A DNA stretch of 64,000 nt from Iphione sp. A-MEVVRFRX5 (Eukaryota), in assembly GCA_976226885.1 (NCBI GenBank), contig OZ320318.1, forward strand, positions 57,164,001 through 57,228,000. The letters are read 5' to 3'. Each line of letters starts with the position of its first letter. The first letter of the stretch is position 1. The notes below the pieces were generated by a model. The model saw only the letters and a list, made by a program, of their open reading frames with translations, ran no database searches and was not told the origin of the DNA. Shown here one piece after another: positions 1-10,855 of this stretch. The position numbers were made by a program, and so were the translations under genes.

Positions 1-1559
1 TTCCGCCTACTAATTTTACTCGCTTCTGCATCCTCACATTCGTCCCGAAGTATAAATAGTGCTATGTTTGCTGAGTTAATGTGGAACAGAAGTCAGTAAG
101 TTTTACGTCCACTGGAATGTAACATTGTGGCACTTCCCTCAGGAGATATAGTTGGATAACATTTGTCATTATTCTATGTTTGATATGGGCTGTGGGGCTA
201 AGATACACAGGGGGGTGGGTGAAATAATTAGAAGAAGGCACTAACATCATCATAGACATCAGTAGCAAAAGAACGCCTCGAAACACAGCATGTGCAACAT
301 TAATGAAGGCAGCAAAGAGATATGATCGCAGATACAGGGGCCAACCATACTCTGCATGAATATTTAATCTCCCTTCCGACACACTGACAAAGAAAAACAT
401 CCAATAAACAATAGATTTGGGACGAAGTTTTTAAAAATTGAAGTGTTATGATTAAAGTTGACTATGGATTTCGATAATGATTTTTAAACTCTCAGTATAT
501 CCTAACTGCTCAGGATTATTGTCTCAGCAAAGTGATGCACAACATTTGCATGACGGCCTAAATCTGGTAATATTCTAAAGCCTTTTTTTCTAATTCAATC
601 ATCTAATTCTTGCTTCAGTGTTAACAATTCTCGGAATGTACATTTCCTGATTCGTTACTAAGTAAGCCTTTCCAAAAGGTACTGTTCATATATATTTATT
701 TTATTGTCGTGATGAGTACAATAACAGAACGGTTTGTTTAACTGATGTGGGCTGTATGATAGGTACTCATAGCTGGTGTGTCATGTGCATTGTCACATTT
801 CACTTCCTTTCCTTTTTTCCTTAATTTTTTCCTGTTCCATTCCATTACACCTAACACATATCATGACACAGGTGGGATTGACCCCAGTCTTGAAGTGTAT
901 TCAAGTCGTGGCTAAAATGTAACCAACGTGGATTCACAATGGCGGTATTGATGGGATTGAGCACAACTATATGGTGCTTATTGTTGTATGATATTTAATA
1001 TAGGAAGGACAGAATGGTGTGTCGATCTCGAATATAACTGATGACAGATTCTTGAGGATGAAGGATCAAGCAAAATTGGCAGCTGGTGCAAGCAAAATGT
1101 GTTAACATTTTGGTGATCCCCGGACTTCAATACACGACTACATTATCCTATTTAAGGAAATGATGGATAAATGACTATGGCTCGTTGTCCTCCATACTGG
1201 TATTTGCTATGTCTCGATCAAGAGAGGTAAGGACCTGTACTTGAGACATGGTAAGGTGATTTTTTATAAGTTGCGATATAATGCAATACTGGCTGAGATT
1301 GATGCTATTATGGCGGGCCGGGATAAACCTAAATTAATCTTGCGCCAATAGTGGGAATCAATCTGAAGAGATACAGTCCTTCTACATATTCGCTGCGTAA
1401 TCAACAGCTTCTGAACGCCACTGTATGGAGGATCAATGATAAAATCAAATAGTAGAATAGACACAATGTTTTCTTCATTCCCAATACTTATAGCCCTGTA
1501 CACTACTTACATAAAGGAAAAAGACAAAATAGATACAGCACACTTTACGATGGCTGTCA

Positions 1560-2250
1560 CCAAATTGATAAGGTCACAATAAACTGGATGAAACAGTATC
1601 AAATAGCTAAATCAAAATGTGTAACCAACTAGGACTATTAGACATTATCCAGTCACCATCAAGTCATTGTCATATTTTTTTTTATTTACAATGTTCAAAG
1701 TTTAACCACTTACAGTATTCAACCATTGTTGATTGTCTGGAGCTGCACCTTAATACACATGACCATTGGCAAGAAATTCAGCTACAGTTGAATCTCTATT
1801 TATGACCACATCTTGGGACCAAGCTCAACAGGTCATGATGGTGAATTTGGTTGTAAATAGATTGTTCTTAACTATAAAAATCAGTATTTTTGTTCCCGTC
1901 TCATATGGTCATAATAGCCAGAATGGTTGTAAATTGATCTGTTAGTAAATAGAGATTCCACTGTATATGTTGAATCTATCAATAAGGAAACAGTTGAAGC
2001 TAGAAACACTGGGAACAAGAGGGAGGAGATCCTTAGTATGTTGAATACATAAACTAAAACTACTAGGTTTTGTGAAAGAAAAGGTGGCTAAGGGGACAAG
2101 AACAAGAATAAGCATTAGCCATCAACTGTACCAATGAAAACCCAGAAGCACAGCTTACAAATCTTCTTTTATCTACACAAGTATCAAGGTGTGGAACGAA
2201 TTGCCCATGTCGCCCAAGAACTGCCAAGATATGAACATCTTCAGGTCATG
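1560..2250 (+). mobile_element. Decayed CR1/L2-type LINE, ORF2 C-terminal region, interrupted by a MITE
   Basis: Manual translation gives KLETLGTRGRRSLVC*IHK, then RTRISISHQLYQ*KPRSTAYKSSFIYTSIKVWNELP (about 2095-2215). This parallels the C-terminus of the intact LINE ORF at 47013-48521 (TLEERRNLKILMLMHR...RTRAG...KPNLESYKRSVAYVGNSMWSKLP). An upstream piece resembles PHLQYSTIV-WS. Confidence 0.7.
1785..1963. mobile_element. Tc1/mariner/pogo-type MITE
   Basis: TIRs CAGTTGAATCTCTATTTA (1785-1802) and TAAATAGAGATTCCACTG (1946-1963) match 17/18. TA dinucleotides flank both ends (1783-84, 1964-65). Confidence 0.8.
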
Positions 2251-2689
2251 ATGTGTAGCTATTTTTGACTCGTCTGGCGTGCAAAGGCAATAATGCAATG
2301 AAGCTGTATTTTGGGAACTTGTATAGAACCGAGAACTAAAGACATCAAGTGTAGCACTAAACTATCCTCACATAATAGTCTTGTTATGCATCAAACGATA
2401 GTATTGTGTGTTAATAGCCGTCATCCATAGCACTCAATTAGTCTTATTAAAGGGTTTTCAGAGGCCCTACATGGTGTAGAGAATTCTGAGTGGAGAGAAT
2501 TCATAGTCACTGAGCACATCACTCTTCTCTATTAGACGAGCATAAAAGCCGATATTAGCAAACCAAATCTGTTGGAAATTATAACTATTAGGTCAAGACT
2601 TCGATGTACAGTGTTTTAAATGTTTAATTTCTTACTACTTCTTACTACATTCTCCCTTAATTTTGTAACCACATCTTTACTGTTCTCTC

Positions 2690-2830
2690 AACACATTCAC
2701 TGGAAGGACCTTGTGATGCAAATCACTAAAGAAGTGAATAAAAGTATCCTGTATCTTGCATCACATCTTCTGGCTCTCAGGACAATACGGCAGTATACGA
2801 AAGAGGCCTTGCTATCTTGATAGTGATAAT
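2690..2830 (+). pseudogene. Short LINE RT C-terminal fragment
   Basis: HWKDLVMQITKEVNKSILYL resembles the post-RT LxWKxHIxxIxKKxxKxIxxL segment of CR1/L2 ORF2. Confidence 0.4.
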
Positions 2831-3599
2831 GTCAACAATCTAACATGCCTCCTGACAATATTTGTCAAACACTTCTAAGTGCAGTTTGTGGAACAGGTTA
2901 CATATATAGAGACAGAGACAATAGTTGTTTCAGCTCTAATGTAGCGTCAAACTTGTAACAACTATTAGTGTTTTTCTCTGATTAGGTAGAACGAGAATAT
3001 TTATACGTTAATGTTCCTGAGAGGTTGATCAGAGGGGATTTCACTGGATTCCAATAGCCTTACCCTGCATTAGTTAATTAGAGATAATTCATTGGTTCTA
3101 TTAACCAGAGGACTAAACCCTTGAAGAGACCAGAGCCTCATAATGTAGATATTCCTATCAACCATTTGTTACAATATGGCGGCAGGAGGTTCTGCAAACC
3201 AAATCTCTTACACAATACATTTCTACATTACGTAATACTGTTCACTGCTGACATCTATAGTTGCAGTAGAATTTTTCAATCCAGACAGATGGCACTATCA
3301 GGCCCTCCTACGTAACACCGGAACTCCCAGGATGGTACCATCTGAAAAAGGAGAGATCACCAGGGGGCTTAAGGACATCAATAAGACTTCTTCAATGGTA
3401 TACTCAATGGCGGTGCAGAGGGCGTGGACTCTACAGCACACCGATGACGATGCAGGCTAGCTGGTAAGCAACATCGAAAAAAACCCAAACCAATACGTGA
3501 TTAACACGACAGGCAGCCAAACCATGAAGAGACACAATTAGCTATCACCAGCATCTTTCACTCTGAACTTAGTGCCGTACGCCAAGCACAAGGTGACCC

Positions 3600-5260
3600 T
3601 GACGCCCCAATGGCAAACCGAGCAGACGCTCCACACAGACCCCGCAAACCGCTGCCAATGGCAGGGGTAACATCGCCTTGTGACACAACAAGGGCGGGGA
3701 TGCTAACTCGTAAAGGATGGTTGCCCCACACAACCCTATACCTATGGTTGAACACATATGCTACAGCCAAGAAAATATCCTCATTAAGGAATGTGTGCAT
3801 TGGCCCCGCAAAGCAGCAGTTTATCAGTAGCCCGCCTTTAAATGGCATTGCACCCATTTAAGCCAGGAAAGATAATTTTCATTTTTATGTTCACACTTCC
3901 ATTTCCAAGACCTACACGTATTTTGATTGTGAGGCTTGCACATCTTTGTAGGAGAGGTCGGACACGGGTGATAACATGATAAACCAAGAATAAATATGAA
4001 TACATGTATTGTCTCGCTTCATGATCAGGTGAAAATTCAAGAATTTGAGATATCACACCTACACCGTCACCGTCTCTTCGTCGCCCACCTGCTCACCGTG
4101 CTCTGAGACAGGAATATCCAAGCCATGGTGGAGCATAACAACGAAGGGAACGGTTTTGCGACTACCTCTACCACCCACCACCCACCCTCCCCTATCACTG
4201 TTGCAGTTCCTGCGGATCCTGCAAATCAAGGAGCTAGAAATATGCTCGCGGTAAAACGTATCTTTTTAATGACACAGGCAGTGACGGCATTATCAGAGTC
4301 CAGTACAGCAACTAAGTAGCCACAACTGTCTGCAGCACTGGGAAGGGCCAGTACCCCATCTTCATTTAATGTGCAACGGAAGTGTTGATTATACAAACTC
4401 AATGTCTATATCGTTAACATCCGTCCCTATGGTGTGCACTTGACCCTAGCCGATCCCCCAAATGCTTATTGAGCCGAGATACAACAAAGTGTCGTGATCC
4501 AGCCTCCAGCCTCAACACTGACTTGTGAATTCTTCCTTGCAAATCCAGTAAAGGCAGATATCCGGCGCTAGGCAAAATGCCTCATCCGGTATGCTAGAGA
4601 ACCTAGAAAAAGAAGGAATAGCACTCATTGTGTCTCAACGTTCCCGGCCTTATGGTGGTAGAGTGGGATTCCATCATTGTCTCGTATGCTTCATCAAGTA
4701 CTTGCATATACATATGGAAAGTCCCAGTTTTGAACTGAATGGTGGTTTTGACTGTGATGTTGATCTGGCCACCTGCTGTGCAAGGCAAGTCAATATATTG
4801 CTTGGTACAGTATGATTGATACGTCACACCGGCCTAAAGCTAGCTGTCTCAATCACTGGCTTTGTATGTGACCACCACCTGGACAGATGACCTTGCTATA
4901 TGTCTCTCAATTATGTGCATTTAGTTGGGTGGACCTGATCCCACACGGTAGACCCTGGGTGCTGATGGCACAGTTACCTTGGCTGACATGCAGGTCATGC
5001 GGTATTTGTCCAAAACTACAACAGCCATGAAGTGACGACTCATTTTCCTGCTCCGTGCGGGCACTGCAGAAGATGAATAATTATTATGGCAGCCGGCTGG
5101 GCTGGCAAACTGGTTCCCTCTGTCGGAAATGCTTGCTTATTCCATGATGTCACAAACCCTCAGCTTGGTGGAGAACTATGCTTGACACACTGCGCAGCCC
5201 TAGAAGCTCAGCGGCAACAAGATACATAAACAGGTTGGGCCTCTTCACTTAAACACTGCA
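3600..5260 (+). mobile_element. Heavily decayed DIRS/Ngaro-like retroelement (gag/RT remnants)
   Basis: GC-elevated tract with many stops and frameshifts. Remnants occur in Ngaro RT order: ALGRASTP (LGRxxGPF-like), PVKADIRR (AKxDI), RPYGGR (LPFGxR), CARQVNILL, GLKLA, LIFLLR, and LLWQPAGLANW (DLxWWxxFLxxWN-like). Motif resemblance only. Confidence 0.4.
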
Positions 5261-6561
5261 GCACCATGATTATGTGAATGGAGTACTTTTATTGACGGTG
5301 ATAGGTGATTTTTGTTCTTCTGTTATTATTTGTGGGAACGTGATTTAATGTATTGAATGTTATGAGCCCAACAATGGCTTTGTGGTTAGATTTAAGCAAG
5401 AGGGGTACACATTTATCACAGACCCCAACCACATATAATTCTAATCAATGGACCCTAGCCACATATAATTCTATTCAATAGTATATGCACCTTCTTCTGC
5501 TCTTTATGGATAATTTGTCATTATCTCTCTTCTGTTTGCAGTAAAGGAATTCCAGATACCGCATTTCAAACAAAATAGGCAGACGTACGTTCCTAGTGAT
5601 GGGTCAGTGAGTACCCTCATGACCCTTAAATTTTCAATGACAACCTTTATAGTTTGCCTAGGTGTTATTGGCGATAGAATTATATTTTCCAGTGTTATTT
5701 CAATGTTGTACTTAAAATCATGAATATTCCTTAGTATCCCTTCCAGTTTCCTAACCTTTGCCACAAAGCACGAGTTTAATAAGGTTGGCGTCGCGTATAA
5801 TAAGCCTATGGTAGAGAAAAGCATTTCCTTTATTCGTGCGAATGATGTCAGAAGAATGTCACAATCGCAGTTTTATCTGTGAATACGTCGGGAATACTTA
5901 CCAAACGGATAGTTCAACTTTTGCCGGCGAGCAAGGATATCCGATGACGCAGTGATTTTGACATACTCACATTTAGCCGAGATTGATGTAATACCCACTG
6001 AAAAGAGTGTATCGGTGGTGATCCTCATAACTTTGCACAGCATATCATACTACAAGAAATACTGGAGAAAATTTACATTTAAGGCATAGATTTAAGTGAT
6101 AAATACAGCAAAAACGCAGTCAAAGACCAGACAACCTTAGACAAAGACCAAGGTATTCAATAATCATTCATTTATGTATTTAATATATTATCAGCGCCCT
6201 CCTAAGATATCAACGAGATACATATCGAATAAATGAAGCTAGTCTAAACGTTGTTCTCCTTTGATAGTTTCTGCTGTATCATTTTGCCCTACAATATTTT
6301 TTTGTTGTACTAAAGGGACGAAATCATGTAAAGAGTTATGTTGTGGAAATAGTCTATACTTATCCTATATCCCTTATATGTATATATATTTCAATAAATA
6401 AAACAACAAAGAAAAGGGGGAAAGGACCCACTTTTCAGGACATATATAACAAATACATCGTTAAAAATTCAACGTAAGTGTTGCTATAGAATAATGACTC
6501 CATGGAGATGTACATATTGCCAGGCAACTAACAACAATGCACTTTACGACATATATTAATA

Positions 6562-6664
6562 CAGTCGAATGCCTATTTGCAAGCATACCTAATTGCGACC
6601 ATTCTCACTAGTACGGCCACTTGAGCTCGGACCAGAGGAGTTGTCGCAAATAGGCGTTCTACTG
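6562..6664. mobile_element. 103-bp Tc1/mariner/pogo-type MITE
   Basis: TIRs CAGTCGAATGCCTATTTGC and GCAAATAGGCGTTCTACTG match 17/19, with TA flanks at 6560-61 and 6665-66. Confidence 0.8.
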
Positions 6665-6995
6665 TATAATATCTACATAGGTTTATATGTATAAACGAAT
6701 TAAGGAGAGACCAACCATATGAATGCATCTTGTATGTTTCGTCCTTCCCTTGCAATTATAATGGAATTAAATTACTTCACGTCAATACGTATCTAGATAA
6801 ATCGCGTAAAAGCTTCGAATGAGGCGACAGAACATTTTTTGTAGGAAACTCCATCTTCTATAATCAGTTATTTAAGTGAAGTCCATTATTCATTTCAGAG
6901 TGACTGCGTTTTTATATGCCATATATATGTAGACTGCCCGAAAATGACTAGGAACCTGAAAAAAGGAAATGATGAGTTCCCCCCACAGGGACCAG

Positions 6996-7081
6996 TGATG
7001 CCTAGAGGCATCACCATTGGTAGGACTAATGATGTCTGCAGGCATCACCATGGGGAGGACAAATGATGCCTTGAGGCATCA
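6996..7081. repeat. Three 18-bp palindromes at exact 34-bp period
   Basis: TGATGCCTAGAGGCATCA (6996), TGATGTCTGCAGGCATCA (7030) and TGATGCCTTGAGGCATCA (7064), separated by similar 16-bp linkers. A piggyBac-like end CCCTTAATGGG-TTAA lies at 7324-7338. Confidence 0.85.
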
Positions 7082-7598
7082 TGGATCAGGGTATATTTTT
7101 AAATGTTTCTAGATTTTTTAAAGGATTTTCCACTAAGAAAGCATGTCAAACAACTGAAATAGGCTTGTTTTTCATTACTAATGACAAGAACCTGTACATA
7201 TTTTTACACCTTTCAAACAACAGGCATGTAATAGCACTATTACCTATAAAGTCCTCGTCCTTTTGCAGAGTGTCTAGCCCCAGGTCTTAGTCTCAATGAG
7301 ACTTTGTCTCATAATTGTCTCAGCCCTTAATGGGTTAATCGACCGAGATCTACAGGTCGCAGTGCAAGTATATTGACCCCCTGAGTCCTACTCAAAGTTT
7401 CCCACAGTGATTGCTACTGTTCTATTAATTAATTTGGGAAAAGCATGAAGAGTTTAGACGGGAGTCAGTCTTTCTGTGTTTCTAGACAGCATTACCGAAA
7501 CGGATTTCGCAATGTATAGATAGAGTTTTATTGAGATATGAAGATCTCCCGACAACTGCTGTCTAACCTCAATGCGGTATACCTTCTATGTCCTCAAT

Positions 7599-7753
7599 CA
7601 TTAGCAATACTGTTCAACATAACATAAGTAAGGCATGACAATTTGACAATTGAGCGAATTCTTATTTCAAACATCGAGGTAAAATTGTAATAATATAAAC
7701 ATACATAAAATAACATTATTGATAAAATAAAATTTGAGGGCTGGGTGGGTGGG
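7599..7753 (-). repeat. Split direct repeat B2 (3' end of the Ngaro element)
   Basis: Bases 7599-7652 match B1. The rest (7653-7753) is inferred to be the part of B that was deleted from B1. Confidence 0.65.
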
Positions 7754-7860
7754 ATGTGAAACGTAAGAGGACGATCTCGATTTGGTTTGGTTTATATACT
7801 GTATACTTGTCATGGTTGGACAGCTTTCTAATGATTCTCCCTTTTACCATGCCTTGACCA
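7754..7860 (-). repeat. Split direct repeat A2
   Basis: Second copy of A1, directly abutting B1. Confidence 0.85.
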
Positions 7861-7910
7861 TTAGCAATGCTGTCCTACAGAATATAAGTAAGGCATGGAT
7901 TTGACAATTG
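7859..7910 (-). repeat. Split direct repeat B1 (truncated)
   Basis: CATTAGCAATGCTGTCCTACAGAATATAAGTAAGGCATGGATTTGACAATTG matches 7599-7652 (CATTAGCAATACTGTTCAACATAACATAAGTAAGGCATGACAATTTGACAATTG). Confidence 0.8.
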
Positions 7911-9308
7911 TCGACAGCAGCCATACTGTCGCACCTCACTTTAACCACTTTTCCACTATTCTGACTACCAGTAAGGGTAATCACTGTGATTAGCAAGTTA
8001 GTCGCCTCTACTTGGCTAATATGGAATCCCTCACAGAACTTTGGGGTTTCATGAGCGTAATAGTACAAAATCATCTACACCACCTACCCCAGAGAGACAG
8101 GCATAGGCCACTATTTCCCTGTATACAACATCTGGGATTATTGCTACCCTGTTCCATGAAGAGAGATAACGCAAAAAACCATTTCAAATCTAATTTGGCA
8201 TCACGGTCTATCCTAATATACCTTCCCTTCCATTCTCTTTTAGTTTTGAGGAGTCTTCCAACGAATACCCTAGCTGGAGGGACACATCGTGCGACCTACA
8301 GGATCTTGGGAGGCTTTAGTAGTCAGTTTTAGCAACTGTCTTTTTCTTTACTTACTTGTGTAACTACCTGAAGTATGTCTGCTATTCTAGGGAGGGGTAT
8401 GGAGATGGTCATATCTTCTGTGATAATATCTATACTGAGCCATGTAACTAGCGGCTGAGCTTTCTTTCTTGCCTCAGGAAGGTTTAGTTCAGTAAGTAGG
8501 TGTCTGACCCTATCAAACGCAAATTTTGTTGCCTGTTGATCCTTAGCTATGATTATCAAATCGTCCTAATACATATAGGCGTTTATAACCTCTTTGCCAA
8601 TAATGCAAATGATTGCATCTGCTATGCATTTCATGTGGTTGGCCGAACATCTGGAACCAAATGGAATAGGAGTTTCAATGTAACACTGTTGATTCCATCT
8701 GAATCACGGAGGCGGCCAGTCCAGAGGCCAGGTTGCAAAATTTCTATATGTTCTGGCGATATCTACTGTAGCAAGGTAAGGATTTCCACCTTTTTTCTTG
8801 ATTGATGACAATAGTGCTTGTATCGTAGGGAGGAATGATCCCTAACTACCCCAAGTAACATATTCTTCCCCATATACACGTTCACTGAACTATCTTCGGG
8901 GAACGACATATCTAGGATCACTCTTCGTTGGTCAGAGTCTCTCATAGGGTGAGTCATGAGGGGGGAAGTGTGTTCCCATGGTTGGAAGGGTGGATCGTTG
9001 AAGGGACCATACACTGCTCCTAGGGATAATTCTTTTGAGATATATTTTTGTATGGCTTCAGGAAATTGCCTGGCTGATGGGTGATTACTTTCATTTGGAG
9101 AGTTAGATACTGGACCCATATAGTCCAAAGGGAATCCATATGTCAATAGGTCAATTAACTGTGGGTCGTAAGGATCGTCTTGTAAGTATCTTCCCCAAAC
9201 CTTGATGTTAGTTGTAGTGGGTACTGTGATACGTGCTCCGAGGAGGTTTGGTCTTCTCTCTCTTTTAACAGCATTATAGAAATAATCTAGATTGGAAATT
9301 ACAGCCAA
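7911..9308 (-). pseudogene. Ngaro RT/RNase H ORF, frameshifted
   Basis: ORFs 8763-9308, 8329-8559 and 7844-8074, plus intervening frames, carry consecutive DIRS/Ngaro RT-RH motifs broken by stops and shifts. Confidence 0.85.
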
Positions 9309-9434
9309 GTCGACTAGGCTAGGCCATATGTTTGCTTTATATTTTGCTAACTGATGAAATGTACAGGCCTGAGTAATATCACCGTCATCTGCTTGGCATA
9401 TTGCTCGTACTAGAGGACAATTTATATTAGTTCC

Positions 9435-10700
9435 CTAGTCTGCTCTTCCGGTTCTCCCCTCCACATGGGTTAGGGCCAGATCTACTTGTTTGTTAGCGTG
9501 GTGTTGCTGATTGTGGTAATGAAAACTTTTTGCACCTTGCTGTGATTGAATTGTTATAGGAGGTTTAGGGCCTTGGTTTGCTTTTGCTCTTTTACCACAT
9601 GCTGTATTGGTATGTGGATGACGTGCCCTACCTAGGGAAAAGCAGTGCAAAAGTGTAGGAACCAGGTTTCCTGCTCTAAATGCAAATCATACTTATGAGC
9701 CTCCTGAATTGTACAATGGACAGGGTACCTACCTCTGTTACTTCAGTTAGGTTTGCAGGAGCCATTGACACCATTAGCCTTTCATATCTCATGAGAGGTT
9801 GACCAGCTAAATTTATTCCTCTCTATCATATCAAACACATTGTTTGTCCAGCGCCTAACATTTTTCCATCGACGTCTCTGAGTGTCCTGTGTAATATGCA
9901 ATAAGTTTTCGAGAACATGGGGCTTATCATGACTGGGAATCGCACTCTCATCCTTTAACATGGTTAGATATGAGGGAAGAAACTTATGGTATGATATCTT
10001 TTCCCTGTATTCTTTTGTTTGGGAGTTGTTAACCCTTCGTTGTGTACATACATGAGGTTTTGGGATGAGATTGTGAATTCTGAAGTCTGCATTACCTCAA
10101 CTCTCATTTGACTGGTGGTTTCAAAGACGAGTCTATGTAGGGCTCTACAGGAACACCACTTCGTAGAGTTGTAGGCTGCAGAATATATGTTGCCGATGTC
10201 GTAGGTTGTCGACGTGGGAAGTAGTTGAGTGCCGGATGTGTTGTTCCTTGCTGTTGTAGGCAGCTTGACATCCATAGCGCGGGGCCTGCTGTCTGCGTAG
10301 CTGGTAGCGAGGGTCCTAGGTGAGTCATCAAATCGGTTCAGTTGAGTGGCCGTTGTTGTGTAGTCAGGTTGCCCTGTTGTCTGGTATTGCACTGACCTGT
10401 GACCTGGAGGCTGACCGTGGCCAAGATTGTCACCACTGGCTGCTCTACTGGTGGGTCGTCATCCCGTTGGGCACTGCTAGTAGTAGGCTGCTGGCTTTGC
10501 TGACCCTCAGGTTGCGTGCTGCTATTCTGATCCGTGTCCGGTGGCCTCTGTGTAGCAGTAATTGAAGCTGAAAGAGACAAAATGTGAGATCTCAGCTGAG
10601 AAATGTCATCCATGGCCCTCTTGAGCCTATCAGGTCTTTTTGTGACTTTCAGCTTGTCTGACTTTTCTTTCGGCTGGCCCTGCATTGCCTGGTGTAGCTG
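9435..10700 (-). pseudogene. Ngaro gag-like ORF1 remnant
   Basis: Low-complexity Q/T/P-rich N-terminal region with a short coiled-coil-like stretch (LKRAMDDISQLRSHILSL). A broken C-terminal Cys/His knuckle reads PCPLYNSGG..HFCTA..RHPHTNTAC at about 9720-9600. Confidence 0.6.
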
Positions 10701-10747
10701 GTTCTTCTGGCACAGACATTCTGGCTCGTGTGGCTCTCTCGATCCTC

Positions 10748-10855
10748 ATGCGAAAAGTGAGAGGAAGATCTCGATTTGGTTCAGCTTATACACTGTAGAC
10801 CTGTCATGGTTGGGCAGCTTTCTAATGACTCGCCCTGTTTACCATGCCGTTACCA
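10748..10855 (-). repeat. Split direct repeat A1 (5' end of the Ngaro element)
   Basis: Aligns over about 107 bp with 7754-7860, e.g. the shared GATCTCGATTTGGTT and GTCATGGTTGG(G/A)CAGCTTTCTAATGA. Carries a TATA-like GTGTATAAG on the minus strand. Confidence 0.85.

Noticed and set aside
5895-5903. ATACTTACC, identical to the U1 snRNA 5' end
   Set aside because: The downstream sequence does not continue as U1. It is simply the complement of a splice-donor consensus.
6110-6913. 13-bp perfect inverted repeat AAAAACGCAGTCA / TGACTGCGTTTTT
   Set aside because: About one such match is expected by chance in a window this size. No TSD or inward extension was seen.
6996-7081. CRISPR-like look of palindromic repeats with linkers (also the 60047-60327 array)
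   Set aside because: The linkers resemble each other (tandem units, not unique spacers), the context is eukaryotic, and there are no cas genes.
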